Assembly: GCA_021202465.1 (NCBI GenBank)
Contig: JAJQCZ010000033.1
Location: 18,616 to 82,615, forward strand
Length of the DNA stretch: 64,000 nt
Source: Lachnospiraceae bacterium
Lineage (GTDB): Bacteria; Bacillota; Clostridia; Lachnospirales; Lachnospiraceae
Reading direction: 5' to 3'
Below are positions 15,659-25,796 of the stretch, piece by piece. The translations under genes and the position numbers were made by a program. Position 1 is the stretch's first letter, and each line of letters opens with the position of its first letter. The notes beneath the pieces are model-generated. The model was given only the letters and a program-made list of their open reading frames with translations. It did not search any database and had not been told where the DNA came from.

Positions 15659-18600
15659 TTAGATACTCCTTCTGCGTCGATACAGTGCCAGGACGGCGCC
15701 GCCGCAGAGAATGAAGCTGACGATGGTGTACAGCCAGGTGCCAATGCCGCCGGATTTCGGCAGCTCGTAGCCGGCTTTGTTGGTTGCAATAATAGTCTCC
15801 GAATTGGATGTCCGGGTAACCTTATGAGAAGTATAACTCAGGTTGTACCCATCCGGAGCTTTTACCTCAACCAGGTAATAGCTGTCTTCGGTCAGGTCAG
15901 TCCAATTAATTGTTCCGTCACTATCCGTCGTCTTTTCACTGTACAGGTACCAGGTCACTCCATCTACCACAACAGTAGTCTCAGCTCCGTTGGAAGAAGT
16001 CACTGTACTTTCCGGCTTTGTCTTACTGTACAGTGCAAAGACCGCACCTTTCAAAGTATTGGTGTAAGTTTCAGTATCCTCATCATAGCTGTCCGCGTCC
16101 ACCTTAGTCAGAGTAAGATCCCAGACCTCATAAGTATTGGTACAGGTCATCCGCAGTTCTTTTGCTCTGTAATACGTAAATGTATAGCTATTACCGTTTG
16201 CTACGTCTGAGCTTGTACCTCCGGATGCACTCCAGGATTTCAATTCATAGCTATCGCCGGACTGGAATTCCGCAATCGTATAGGGCGCATCTTCTTCCCA
16301 GGTCCACCAGCGATCACCGGTCACCAGACCATTGCTGCCGATCAGACTCAGAGTACCGGAGGACTCTCCCTCCTTCACAGTCAAGGTTACTATACGGTAC
16401 TCTCGTGCGTCATCCCCACTCAATTTTTTCAGGGCATCTACAAGGTCACTCTGCGTCGTATAGCTGCTACCATTCGAGTCTGTCATTTCCTTACCCTCAT
16501 AGATAACAAAGGTAAATTCCGTATCACTCTCAGCTTCATAGGCTGTTCCATCCAGGCCAACCAGTTTTTTGGTCAGGCTCGGTGCGGAAGGCACCTGTAC
16601 GCCAACAACCAGAGGCATTGCCGTCAACTCAGTGTCAATATCCTTCAATGCATAATGATAGCCGAAATTATTCCAGGCTATAGCACTCGGCTCGATGGAC
16701 GTTCCATTCTCAGAGCTAGCCTCTGCATCAAATTCAATCGTTACAGTCGCACCAGCAGGAATCTGCGTTCCACCCTCATCTGTAATAATGATGCGGATTG
16801 CACGCACATTATCTGCGCTGACATCCGAATTCCATGTAAGCCACCTGGAAGAAGAATTGCCACCAGCATAGTCGTCTGTAGTAAACTCAGTTTCTGTCGT
16901 ACTATACTGAATCTCATAATACTGAGAGTTTAATACAGTTTCAGTTTCATTTCCATTCTCATCTTCTGTCGTCACATATACTGTAAAGTTCGGAGTATCT
17001 GCCAGCTTTACAGTAAACTCACTGCCTCGTTCCGTCGTACCAACCGCATATATATCGCCCTCAGCCGGAAGATTATCAATCACAACCAGCTTTGTCATAG
17101 CAATATCTGTCAGATTATGAACATTCAGGCTATACCGGAAAGTACTGTCTGCTGCGGAGAGAACAATGCTGTTCGTAGAACTATCTGATGAAGCCGTGTT
17201 GCCCGTGGGACTACTTTCCGAACCCAATTCCGTAACACTCTTGACAGAACTGGTAGCGTATGCGCCTGATACTGTAATCGAGGCGTTCGCACTAACCGCG
17301 TCCATATCTCCTTCCTCATCAGTTTCAAGGATGCCTTCGCCCTTTGTGTCGAACGCCCCATCCGGATCCAGCTTGACATTATTCACATAGGTTGAATAGG
17401 TCGTACCGCCACTGGGACTTCTGGATGAATAATTCAGAATGATTTTCCCGCTTTCCGGAATCGCAAAATATACTCCTTCGAACCGGACAGTTAAAATTTC
17501 GTTTCCATCATCATCTGTCGACAACGATATGACCATATAGCTGTCACCACCGTAGTTGCCGTACTTAATCGACAAACTATCGCCGTTTATCGTCAACGTA
17601 TAGCTTTTATTCCCGGACGTTATCGTGACCGAAGAATCATTCGCCGTCCGTGTCCCGATAGAGAACAGGGTCACATCACTTGCCGACATCGCTTCCGAGC
17701 TGGAATACACGGTCATCGTGACATCGCCTTCAAAGACATACGGATAAGGCATTGTGTCTGTTACCGTGTAGTCAGTAATCGATCGGCCCCCGTCATTTGT
17801 CAGGGTAGCGCTCCAGTAAACAACTTCCGAACTATAACCATACAAAGATGTTACGTTCTCTGTATGAATTGTTCCAGTACTGTCTTTATATCCCACGAAC
17901 GACTTCGAAATCCCCGGCACGATCTCCGCCAGCGTTTGTGTTACCGTAGAGGACAAGGTAATCGTATTTCCATCCTCCGTCACATCGCGGCTTCCGTCGT
18001 TGCTGGTATTCGCATAATAGGTTTCGCTATTGTATACAACATCGGTGCCTGTCAGATTATAATTCGAATCTTCTTCTGCTACCTGCGAAACACCCATCCC
18101 CAGATAATCATAATAATCCATGCTGATGGTATTCGTCGCCGTATCACCTGTGTCGCTATAGGAACCCACCTGGCATACATAGCCAAATACAAGCGCTTCG
18201 CCTTTCTCCAGATAATACATCTGGACAGCTTCATCGTAGCTTAGCGCATAGCTGCCTGAACTTCCGGTTACTGTGAACGAAATTTCACTTCCATCTCCAG
18301 ACTTTGTGATTGTCGCCGTCTTATAAGAAGTATCGTTCGGCAGGCCTGTGATCAGAAGGTTCTCGGAAGATCCTCCCGTTACTGTTATTGCGGACTTCGT
18401 ACTTACACTTTGATATACCTGACCATTCAGAAGGCCGCTTGTACTCCCTACCAGCTGTACATACGTATATCCATCAGGCAACGTATCTGTCAGTTCGCTC
18501 AGATACAGCTTCGTATTTCCCGCGTTATAAACCGTCACATAATAGACAACATAACGGAAATAGCTGTCCTGGTTGTTGAAATAATTCAAATTAACATCCG

Positions 18601-21600
18601 TCGGTGTATACTGATAATTCTGAGCGGATTTTGTCGGTTCGGTTGCTTCGCCATAGACACCTTTCTGGAGAATCACACTGGCTTCCTCCGTCAGATCATG
18701 CGTGACCGTCGAAGTGAAATTGCGGACATACAAGGTATTCGCTAACGAAGACCCGCCAGCTTCCTCCACATATTTATCCCATGTGCCATCCTCATCATCC
18801 GCACTCGGGAAGGTCAGTGTCACGTAAATCTTCAACTGAGCTGAGCTGCTGAAGATAATCTCCATATCCTCCGGCCATTTGATCCAGCTTCCTTTCGAAC
18901 CGCTTCTTTCTTCTACGATTTCCCAGGAATCGAGAGCCGTCGTTGTCGTTCCAACTTCGGCTGTCTCCGTGCTGCTGATCGTAATTCCCTCACCAGCTTC
19001 ATAACTCAAAGTCACATTGGTGTCTTTCACCCACTCGAACACGTCATACGTCTCCGGCAAAAGATCCCACAAATCACTACCGCTTAATGTGAAAGTGCCT
19101 CCGCCATGACCGGACAAAATCAGACAATATGTTACTGTCTCACCAGCTGAGATCGTGCTGTAGTCATCATCATCATAATCGTCAGCTCCTTCTGCACCTG
19201 TGCTGTTATCGTATTCGTCCACCTTCGTCGCATTGGTTTCGTCCTCATCCACAACAAGATGCTTTTCGAAATCGATCAATGTGCCGCCGCCCCAGATGCC
19301 ATCATAAATGCGTGATCCGGTTCTGTCATTCATCCAGACTACATTGCCGATGGAATACTCGATCTCATCCTCTTCATATTGCACCAGGGTCTGATAACTC
19401 ACTTCGATGGTATAGTTACCGCCGCCAAGATGGTCGAAATACCATTTGATTTCCGTATGATATCCGGTATACTCAGTGCCGTCTTCCGATTCCGTCTCCT
19501 CAGCGGAATATTCTACGGTAATCGTGTCTGCCATCAGCAACGAATCGCCAGAGGTGCCAACCAGGACATTTTCATATGTTCCTACACCAAGGACATAATA
19601 CTTAGTCCCATCCTCAGCCTCATAAATCGTCACTGTTCCTGTCGAATTGGAATTCTCATCATAAAGCATATCAGTGATACTGGTGTTGCCACTGTTTTCA
19701 GTATACAGCACTAACAGCTGCTGACTCCCGTAAATATCATCTACCATAGGCAGATCGTCATATTCGCCGTTCCCCTCATGCCTGAAGGTCAGTAGATACT
19801 CCAGAACATCTCCATCCGCGGCGGACGGATCCGAGGTCAGCAATACACCGTCTTCATTATACACTGCCTTGCTGATATAAGCTTCCCGACTCAGTGTCGT
19901 TGATGCATTCGCAGTTTTTACATTCCCGGATTTACCTGTAGTTCTGACATAGGCATTATTTCTTGCCGTATAAGTTGCCGTCAGATCATATCGGTTCTGA
20001 CGATCATCATTCAGCAGCATCTGGAATGTATCTTTTGTTGTCGCAGGGATCTCGAAAGTCAGGCTTTCTCCTGCACTCAGTTCAAAACTGGAAGTCACTG
20101 TATTACCGTCTTCATCTGTGGTTGTCTCACCACCACCTAAGACCCATGTACAGGTGTAGGTAGCGGTATTTGTGACACCATATCCCAGCGTCTGCAGAAT
20201 ATCAGCGAGACTACTTCCTGATTCTGTGACAGCCTCACCTTCTGCATTCACATAGGATACAGTATAGCTTTGGCTCTCAGAATCATAGGTAATGGTCAGT
20301 GTAACCGTTATTTCCTCCTCAGAGGAAGTATTTCCGGCATTCAGATTGACCGTACCTTCTCCCGTGGTATCTGTAGCAGTGTCTGACACACCAAGGACGG
20401 CTTTCGCAATTTCTATAGTCAGCGGATAGCCTCTCTCTGCTGCCTCTTCAAACATTCCCTCCATATTTTCCGCGCTGATATATGTATACTGATTGAGTAC
20501 ATCCACCAACGTATACTTGCCTGTATCAGACGCAGTATATTTCAGGGCCTTTGTATTCGATACAACCAGCGTGTAGGTTACATCCTCCCCGAAATAGCCG
20601 CTTGTCTTATCGACCGATTTGCTGAGATCCAATGTACCTTCCTCAACCTTTATATCCTTTTCCACGGAAGCAGTGTCTTCCTGATCCTCACTGTAGGTAT
20701 ATTTGAAGGTTGCCGTCACACTATTGTCAATTTTTTTGTAAACGGTCGTCGTCGTTGTTGTTTCTTCGGTCGTGTCATCATCATTTTCTGTCGTGGTGGT
20801 TGTTGTTTCCTCCGTTGAAGCAAGTTTCGATACATCTGTGACGACTGTTGCCGCCGGAGCAATGCTCAGAGCTACCGTGGTAGCACTCAAAGAACTGCTA
20901 CTGGAAGAATTTTTCACCGTCCAATACAGGACCACATATCCTTCCATATCTTCACTGCCTTCGACATATTTCACATTCACACCGGACAGCGACACATCGG
21001 TACCGTCGGAAATAGCGATTGACGCAATCTGCACTTTTTCCCCGTTTGTATCATAGATATAAAGCGAACCGCTCTGATAGTACACTTCATTATCCTTGAT
21101 AGCCTGCAGAACCGTATCATCCCACGTCACACCTTCCGGCAACGTAAGAACATCCTCATAGTATGCGCTGGTGGCAAGGTCACGCCCATATGTAAACGTA
21201 TCGCCGGAGATGCTGGTCTCTATCTTATAAGTCAATGAAGAAGCAAAGCGAATTGTTCCATCCTCCGCATAGAGTGTCACAGAATCCTGCGTAGCATTCC
21301 CTTTCGTCACCTCATATGTATCCGGCGACGTCTCCCACCAGGCCTGAATTGTCTCCGCGCTATCAGTGGGCTGTGTATTTGTTCCAGCCGTTTTTGCCTC
21401 GTCTGCCGTCAGCACTTCGCCCCAGATCGTCAGCCCACCGCCATCGGAAGTTACATTCGGGTAGTAGGTCGTGAGCGTGAAGCTGGTGGTTTCCTCTGTT
21501 GACACTGTAAATTCCAGATAAACCGTATTAGGGTCATCTGTTGTATGCCATTCACCATTATATCCTTCTGCATTGTAATCCAACACAGAATCAATATCCG

Positions 21601-24600
21601 TATAGGACAGGTAGACGCGATATACGTGAGTGTCAGTCGCACTTGGCGCCGACGCGGCGATATTAATGGTTAACGTTTCACCAGTCAAAAGTGTGTATCC
21701 ACCCAAAGCATCTTCATCCTCAGACCAGGTGCCTCCACTGACATCAATAACCAGTTTTGCCGACTCATTATCATCAGCAGTCATTGTCAGACTGGTAGAT
21801 CCATCCATATCTTCCGCAGATGCTCCGGTACCGGACGCACCGCCCAATGCCGTGTTGTAGAAGGGCTCGTAGCCGATATTTTCAGTTGCTCCGGTAAAGA
21901 GAGTCAGCGCCCCTTCTACTGTTGTGACAGTCTGGTTTGTTTTTGCATCGGTCACACTGGCCAGCTTTGTAGCGTTTGCCATAGCATAATCGCCCAACTG
22001 AGTAATTTGAGAAGCGTCCTCAAATGTTAACGCCGTCAGGTTTATTGCGTCATGGAAAGCGTTCGATGCAACAGAAGTTACAGTATACTCGGTATTGTTT
22101 CCATCCTCTGTATCCACGATCGTGGCGTAGACAGTATAATCTGTCAGCTTTTGCGTTTCGCCGTTCTCATCCAGATACGTCGACGGGACATAGAGTAAAG
22201 AAGCGGTCTTTTCCTCTGTATTAATCTGATATATTGCTCCATATTCATCAATATAAATATATCCGGAAAGATTTTGCAGTACTGTTGAGGTGGCACTGTC
22301 AAATGCGCCTTCCGTCACGGTAATAAAATTCGGTCCCTGGAATGTAATGCTGCTTGCATACCGAACAATATAATCAAAATTTGCAATCAGAGTGTCGACA
22401 TCAGTTCCAATGATAAGATCATAAGTCGAAACAGATTTGAATACATAATTATACTGTGCACTCCCCGCAATGTTTGTGGCATTTTCCGCATCATAAATCA
22501 ATGTGTTCAAATTCAACATTGTCGAGTTAGTATTCAGACCATAGATGGATGTTGTTCCACTGGGTATGGTAAGCGTTTCCAAAGACGTACAGCTATTAAT
22601 ATAACTCTGTCGCAGGGAAAGCCCCTCTGTATCCGGCAATGTAAGCGAGGTTAACTTCGAGGAGTTTTCAAACATATTGTTGCCGCTCGCATTTGCCCCA
22701 TCCTCAAACACAACAGATTCCAGCGAAGAGGACTGGGCAAACTCATATTGTCCGAAATTGCTTCCTCCATAAGTCTGCACAGAACCTGGCACAATAATCT
22801 CTTTTGTTCCCGAAAGATATTCCAGAGCCCTCGAAGCAATATTGGTCGTACTGTCCAAAAGCCTGTAACTATCTGCCTCCCGTGCGGAAGGATAATCCGC
22901 CAGTGTAGTCAAGTCTGCTGTATACAAAACACCATCAACAATTGTATATGTCCCATTCGTCTGACAGCCGTCCTCTGTTGTAGTTACGCCCTCTCCATAA
23001 AACTCATAGGAGGAGGCATTCAAAAATGCACCGCCGCTTACATATGTCACGCTGCCGGGCAGAGATACGGTATAAGAGACTCCGCTCGTCTGATTGTAAA
23101 AGGCAAACATACCGACAGACTCTACGCCCTCTTCCAACGTAACCGAGGTCAGTGAGCTCGCATATTGAAATGCATACGCCTCAATAGTTTTGACATTTCC
23201 CGGAATTGTAACGGACGACAGTTTTCTCACATACACAAACGCATTTTGACTGATATATGTGACATCCGATCCTATATCCAGACTTGTTATAATATTATTA
23301 TTAAACGCATATTTTCCTATTCCGGTAATTCCATCTTCAATAACCAGCGCCACACCGTCTATTCCGCTATTATTATTAATATAGCTAAACCAGGGTGTAC
23401 TGGAGCCGCCTGAATAATCCGGAATAGCTCCGGATCCGGAGATCACCAGCGTTGTCAGGTTCCCATCGATGTCCTGATAAAGCGTCCAGGTAATGGCATC
23501 TGCATCACCGTCCGCATTCGCCATTGTACCGCTTGCATACACGGTTTCCGAAGAGGTCACTGCATAGATCGAAAAATGCTCTGCATCAAAGGCAATTGCA
23601 CCATCTTCCGCTTCAGAATCTACTTTCTCCGCATCGCCCTCGTCGGGGATATAATATACATCGTTGTTACCGCTGATCGCATCAGACTGGATGGTGACGG
23701 AAACAGTGCCATCCTCCGGTTCGTACTCTGTGCCATCGGCATAGTAAATGGAGATATCGAAAGCCATCACAATGTTAAGCTCGTCATTTTCCACCTCTAC
23801 AGGGGTGGCGGTGACGGTGGCTCCCTCCGGCAGCATACCGGAAACGGTGATGATAGCACTATCTGCTGTAACGGTCAGAGTCTGCTGCGTCAGGGTCACA
23901 CTCTCCTCCTGTGCAGCCTTGGTATCGTTATCAGTCTCCTTCGTTTCAGGCTTGCTATCCGCTTCTGTATCATTCTCAGCCTGAGTTTCAGAATCAACGG
24001 ATGCTTCCGCCTCGGCACTCTCTTCCTCCAGCTCCTGCGCCGCCGCCACGGTGCCATAGCCGACGATCTCGCTGTCGTTCAGATCATATTTGTTCTTGCA
24101 GACGGCGTCTGCATCATCCTCTTCATAGTCGCCCTCGATGACCGTCAGTTGTTCCTTCTTTTCATTGACAACGCTGACGATGCCGACACGGTCGATCTTT
24201 CCGTCTTCGTCGGTATCAAAGAAGACCAGGTCGCCGGCGACAGGAATATAATCCTCCGCGGCCTGATACAGGTCGATCTTCTTCAGGGAGACAGACCAGG
24301 CGTACGCGCCAGTGGCCTCCGGGAAGTCCTTCTTGGAAATGCCGGCATAGTGCAGGCAGAACGAGGCAAACATGGCATCCCAGTCGCCATACTCATTTCC
24401 AGCCCAGGCGCCGTAACGGGTATAACCCTTGCGGGTCTCCTCATCATCGTCCAGGGTGAAGTTGGCCGTGCTCTCGGTGTAGCCGATCTGGCTCTCCGCC
24501 ACGGCAACGACATCGTCCGCCCAGACGCCGGTCAGCTTCTCAGGCAGCGTCTTCTCCCAGTCGTCGGAAGTCTCCACGTCGGCCGTCTCATCGATCAGGC

Positions 24601-25117
24601 ACTCGACGGTATGGGTATGCTCCTCCAGACCGCAGGTCAGCTGCTCCTCATAGCATTCGTCTGTATGGGTGTGTCCCTCAGACTCCTCCAGGTCGCAGAC
24701 CAGGACCTTCTCGGTCTCATAGCAGGCATCCGTATGCGTATGACCCTCAGACTCCTCCTGGCCGCAGATCAGGTTGCCATCCGCGTCATAGCAGTCGTCG
24801 GTATGCGTATGGCCTTCAGATTCCTCCAGACCGCACACCAGGGCCTTCTGCTCTTCGTAGCAGGCGTCTGTATGTGTATGGCCCTCAGACTCTTCCTGGC
24901 CGCAAACCAGGACCTTCTCATAACAGTCCTCGGTGTGCGTATGCTCCTCCAGGCCGCAGTAGGTCTCGTTGGTCATGGCAATGCCGGTCGCGTGCAGCTG
25001 CCAGGCGACGCCCGCCGTCACCAGCAGCGCCAGCGCAGCCAGCATCGCCGCCATCCGCTGAGACCTGCGGTGCTCCGCCCGGAACTTCCGCACGTAGGAA
25101 TTCACTATATTCTTCAT
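15659..25117 (-). CDS. Giant (3152 aa) LPXTG-type cell-wall-anchored multidomain adhesin
   Basis: N-terminal signal/anchor helix, then Cys/His repeats, a CHAP-like domain and BspA-type leucine-rich repeats (residues ~540-1000, e.g. IGKYAFNNN, ISQNAFVY, IEAYAFQYASSLTSVTL). A long Thr/Ser/Asp-rich beta-type region follows. The C-terminus has a SpaA/CnaB-like domain (GAVFALYS...YYLVEVKAPDGYNL) and LPKSGGIG plus a TM helix plus RRRRSI. Confidence 0.9.
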   Translation of the reverse strand: MKNIVNSYVRKFRAEHRRSQRMAAMLAALALLVTAGVAWQLHATGIAMTNETYCGLEEHTHTEDCYEKVLVCGQEESEGHTHTDACYEEQKALVCGLEESEGHTHTDDCYDADGNLICGQEESEGHTHTDACYETEKVLVCDLEESEGHTHTDECYEEQLTCGLEEHTHTVECLIDETADVETSDDWEKTLPEKLTGVWADDVVAVAESQIGYTESTANFTLDDDEETRKGYTRYGAWAGNEYGDWDAMFASFCLHYAGISKKDFPEATGAYAWSVSLKKIDLYQAAEDYIPVAGDLVFFDTDEDGKIDRVGIVSVVNEKKEQLTVIEGDYEEDDADAVCKNKYDLNDSEIVGYGTVAAAQELEEESAEAEASVDSETQAENDTEADSKPETKETDNDTKAAQEESVTLTQQTLTVTADSAIITVSGMLPEGATVTATPVEVENDELNIVMAFDISIYYADGTEYEPEDGTVSVTIQSDAISGNNDVYYIPDEGDAEKVDSEAEDGAIAFDAEHFSIYAVTSSETVYASGTMANADGDADAITWTLYQDIDGNLTTLVISGSGAIPDYSGGSSTPWFSYINNNSGIDGVALVIEDGITGIGKYAFNNNIITSLDIGSDVTYISQNAFVYVRKLSSVTIPGNVKTIEAYAFQYASSLTSVTLEEGVESVGMFAFYNQTSGVSYTVSLPGSVTYVSGGAFLNASSYEFYGEGVTTTEDGCQTNGTYTIVDGVLYTADLTTLADYPSAREADSYRLLDSTTNIASRALEYLSGTKEIIVPGSVQTYGGSNFGQYEFAQSSSLESVVFEDGANASGNNMFENSSKLTSLTLPDTEGLSLRQSYINSCTSLETLTIPSGTTSIYGLNTNSTMLNLNTLIYDAENATNIAGSAQYNYVFKSVSTYDLIIGTDVDTLIANFDYIVRYASSITFQGPNFITVTEGAFDSATSTVLQNLSGYIYIDEYGAIYQINTEEKTASLLYVPSTYLDENGETQKLTDYTVYATIVDTEDGNNTEYTVTSVASNAFHDAINLTALTFEDASQITQLGDYAMANATKLASVTDAKTNQTVTTVEGALTLFTGATENIGYEPFYNTALGGASGTGASAEDMDGSTSLTMTADDNESAKLVIDVSGGTWSEDEDALGGYTLLTGETLTINIAASAPSATDTHVYRVYLSYTDIDSVLDYNAEGYNGEWHTTDDPNTVYLEFTVSTEETTSFTLTTYYPNVTSDGGGLTIWGEVLTADEAKTAGTNTQPTDSAETIQAWWETSPDTYEVTKGNATQDSVTLYAEDGTIRFASSLTYKIETSISGDTFTYGRDLATSAYYEDVLTLPEGVTWDDTVLQAIKDNEVYYQSGSLYIYDTNGEKVQIASIAISDGTDVSLSGVNVKYVEGSEDMEGYVVLYWTVKNSSSSSSLSATTVALSIAPAATVVTDVSKLASTEETTTTTTENDDDTTEETTTTTTVYKKIDNSVTATFKYTYSEDQEDTASVEKDIKVEEGTLDLSKSVDKTSGYFGEDVTYTLVVSNTKALKYTASDTGKYTLVDVLNQYTYISAENMEGMFEEAAERGYPLTIEIAKAVLGVSDTATDTTGEGTVNLNAGNTSSEEEITVTLTITYDSESQSYTVSYVNAEGEAVTESGSSLADILQTLGYGVTNTATYTCTWVLGGGETTTDEDGNTVTSSFELSAGESLTFEIPATTKDTFQMLLNDDRQNRYDLTATYTARNNAYVRTTGKSGNVKTANASTTLSREAYISKAVYNEDGVLLTSDPSAADGDVLEYLLTFRHEGNGEYDDLPMVDDIYGSQQLLVLYTENSGNTSITDMLYDENSNSTGTVTIYEAEDGTKYYVLGVGTYENVLVGTSGDSLLMADTITVEYSAEETESEDGTEYTGYHTEIKWYFDHLGGGNYTIEVSYQTLVQYEEDEIEYSIGNVVWMNDRTGSRIYDGIWGGGTLIDFEKHLVVDEDETNATKVDEYDNSTGAEGADDYDDDDYSTISAGETVTYCLILSGHGGGTFTLSGSDLWDLLPETYDVFEWVKDTNVTLSYEAGEGITISSTETAEVGTTTTALDSWEIVEERSGSKGSWIKWPEDMEIIFSSSAQLKIYVTLTFPSADDEDGTWDKYVEEAGGSSLANTLYVRNFTSTVTHDLTEEASVILQKGVYGEATEPTKSAQNYQYTPTDVNLNYFNNQDSYFRYVVYYVTVYNAGNTKLYLSELTDTLPDGYTYVQLVGSTSGLLNGQVYQSVSTKSAITVTGGSSENLLITGLPNDTSYKTATITKSGDGSEISFTVTGSSGSYALSYDEAVQMYYLEKGEALVFGYVCQVGSYSDTGDTATNTISMDYYDYLGMGVSQVAEEDSNYNLTGTDVVYNSETYYANTSNDGSRDVTEDGNTITLSSTVTQTLAEIVPGISKSFVGYKDSTGTIHTENVTSLYGYSSEVVYWSATLTNDGGRSITDYTVTDTMPYPYVFEGDVTMTVYSSSEAMSASDVTLFSIGTRTANDSSVTITSGNKSYTLTINGDSLSIKYGNYGGDSYMVISLSTDDDGNEILTVRFEGVYFAIPESGKIILNYSSRSPSGGTTYSTYVNNVKLDPDGAFDTKGEGILETDEEGDMDAVSANASITVSGAYATSSVKSVTELGSESSPTGNTASSDSSTNSIVLSAADSTFRYSLNVHNLTDIAMTKLVVIDNLPAEGDIYAVGTTERGSEFTVKLADTPNFTVYVTTEDENGNETETVLNSQYYEIQYSTTETEFTTDDYAGGNSSSRWLTWNSDVSADNVRAIRIIITDEGGTQIPAGATVTIEFDAEASSENGTSIEPSAIAWNNFGYHYALKDIDTELTAMPLVVGVQVPSAPSLTKKLVGLDGTAYEAESDTEFTFVIYEGKEMTDSNGSSYTTQSDLVDALKKLSGDDAREYRIVTLTVKEGESSGTLSLIGSNGLVTGDRWWTWEEDAPYTIAEFQSGDSYELKSWSASGGTSSDVANGNSYTFTYYRAKELRMTCTNTYEVWDLTLTKVDADSYDEDTETYTNTLKGAVFALYSKTKPESTVTSSNGAETTVVVDGVTWYLYSEKTTDSDGTINWTDLTEDSYYLVEVKAPDGYNLSYTSHKVTRTSNSETIIATNKAGYELPKSGGIGTWLYTIVSFILCGGAVLALYRRRRSI
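24599..24958 (-). repeat. Coding repeats: 7 copies of C-x-x-EE-(SEG)-HTHT-x-x-C(Y)
   Basis: Residues 54-173 read CGLEEHTHTEDCY / CGQEESEGHTHTDACY / CGLEESEGHTHTDDCY / CGQEESEGHTHTDACY / CDLEESEGHTHTDECY / CGLEEHTHTVECL. The repeat is also visible as ~72-nt DNA repeats. Confidence 0.85.
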
Positions 25118-25193
25118 ATTCCAGCACCTCTTCTTTCATTTCCGAGGAAGGACCTCTCTTCCGCCGGTCCGCCCTCCAAATGTTTGCGCTCCT

Positions 25194-25796
25194 TTATGTT
25201 TCATCCGTCCGGCTGCACCGGACAGTCACTCTCGTTCTTCCGCCGATGGTACAGGTAAACAGCGTCAGATCCCATTCACCGGTAATCATTTCCTCCACAT
25301 CGGTGGGCTGCAAGATGATCACCTCTGCCACCTGGTAGTGAAATACATTTCCGTTGACATCGGTGAAGGTCAGCGTGTCGCCCGTTTCCAGGTATTTCAG
25401 ATTCCCGAAATGCCGGGAGTAGTTGTGCCCGCAGATGACCAGGTCGTCTGTCCACACGGATCCGGTGTACCGCCCCGGCGCGATCCGCAGCCCCTCATAG
25501 CTCCACTCGGAGAGGATGGGCAGCTCCAGATCCAGCGAAGGGATGGTCAGCGTGCCGATGTAGGCGCGTCCGTCGATCTCCACGGTATCCATCACGCCGT
25601 CCTCCGGGCGATTGTAAATGGGGATGTCCACGCCTGTTGAGCGCTGCTCCGTATCCCACTGCAGCTCCTCCAGCGCCTCGTCTGCATTCTTCCCGGTCTG
25701 AGAGTCCTCCCAGCGGTTGTACAGGATCAGCGACAGAGCTCCCAGCAGCAGCACCAGCCCCAGTACCATGCAGAGGATACCGCCCTTACGCCGCAT
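25194..25796 (-). CDS. Short sortase-family transpeptidase (class uncertain)
   Basis: 200 aa with an N-terminal TM helix, the catalytic-type motifs ICGHN (His), LTLFTCT (TLxTC Cys) and RVTVRC (Arg). Its start overlaps the stop of the upstream pilin gene. Confidence 0.8.
   Translation of the reverse strand: MRRKGGILCMVLGLVLLLGALSLILYNRWEDSQTGKNADEALEELQWDTEQRSTGVDIPIYNRPEDGVMDTVEIDGRAYIGTLTIPSLDLELPILSEWSYEGLRIAPGRYTGSVWTDDLVICGHNYSRHFGNLKYLETGDTLTFTDVNGNVFHYQVAEVIILQPTDVEEMITGEWDLTLFTCTIGGRTRVTVRCSRTDET

Noticed and set aside
23576-25258. 560-aa plus-strand ORF overlapping the 5' part of the giant adhesin gene
   Set aside because: It is antisense to the region encoding the signal helix, Cys/His repeats and CHAP-like domain. 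Its translation is low-complexity and Leu/Arg/Ile-rich, and there is no start context.
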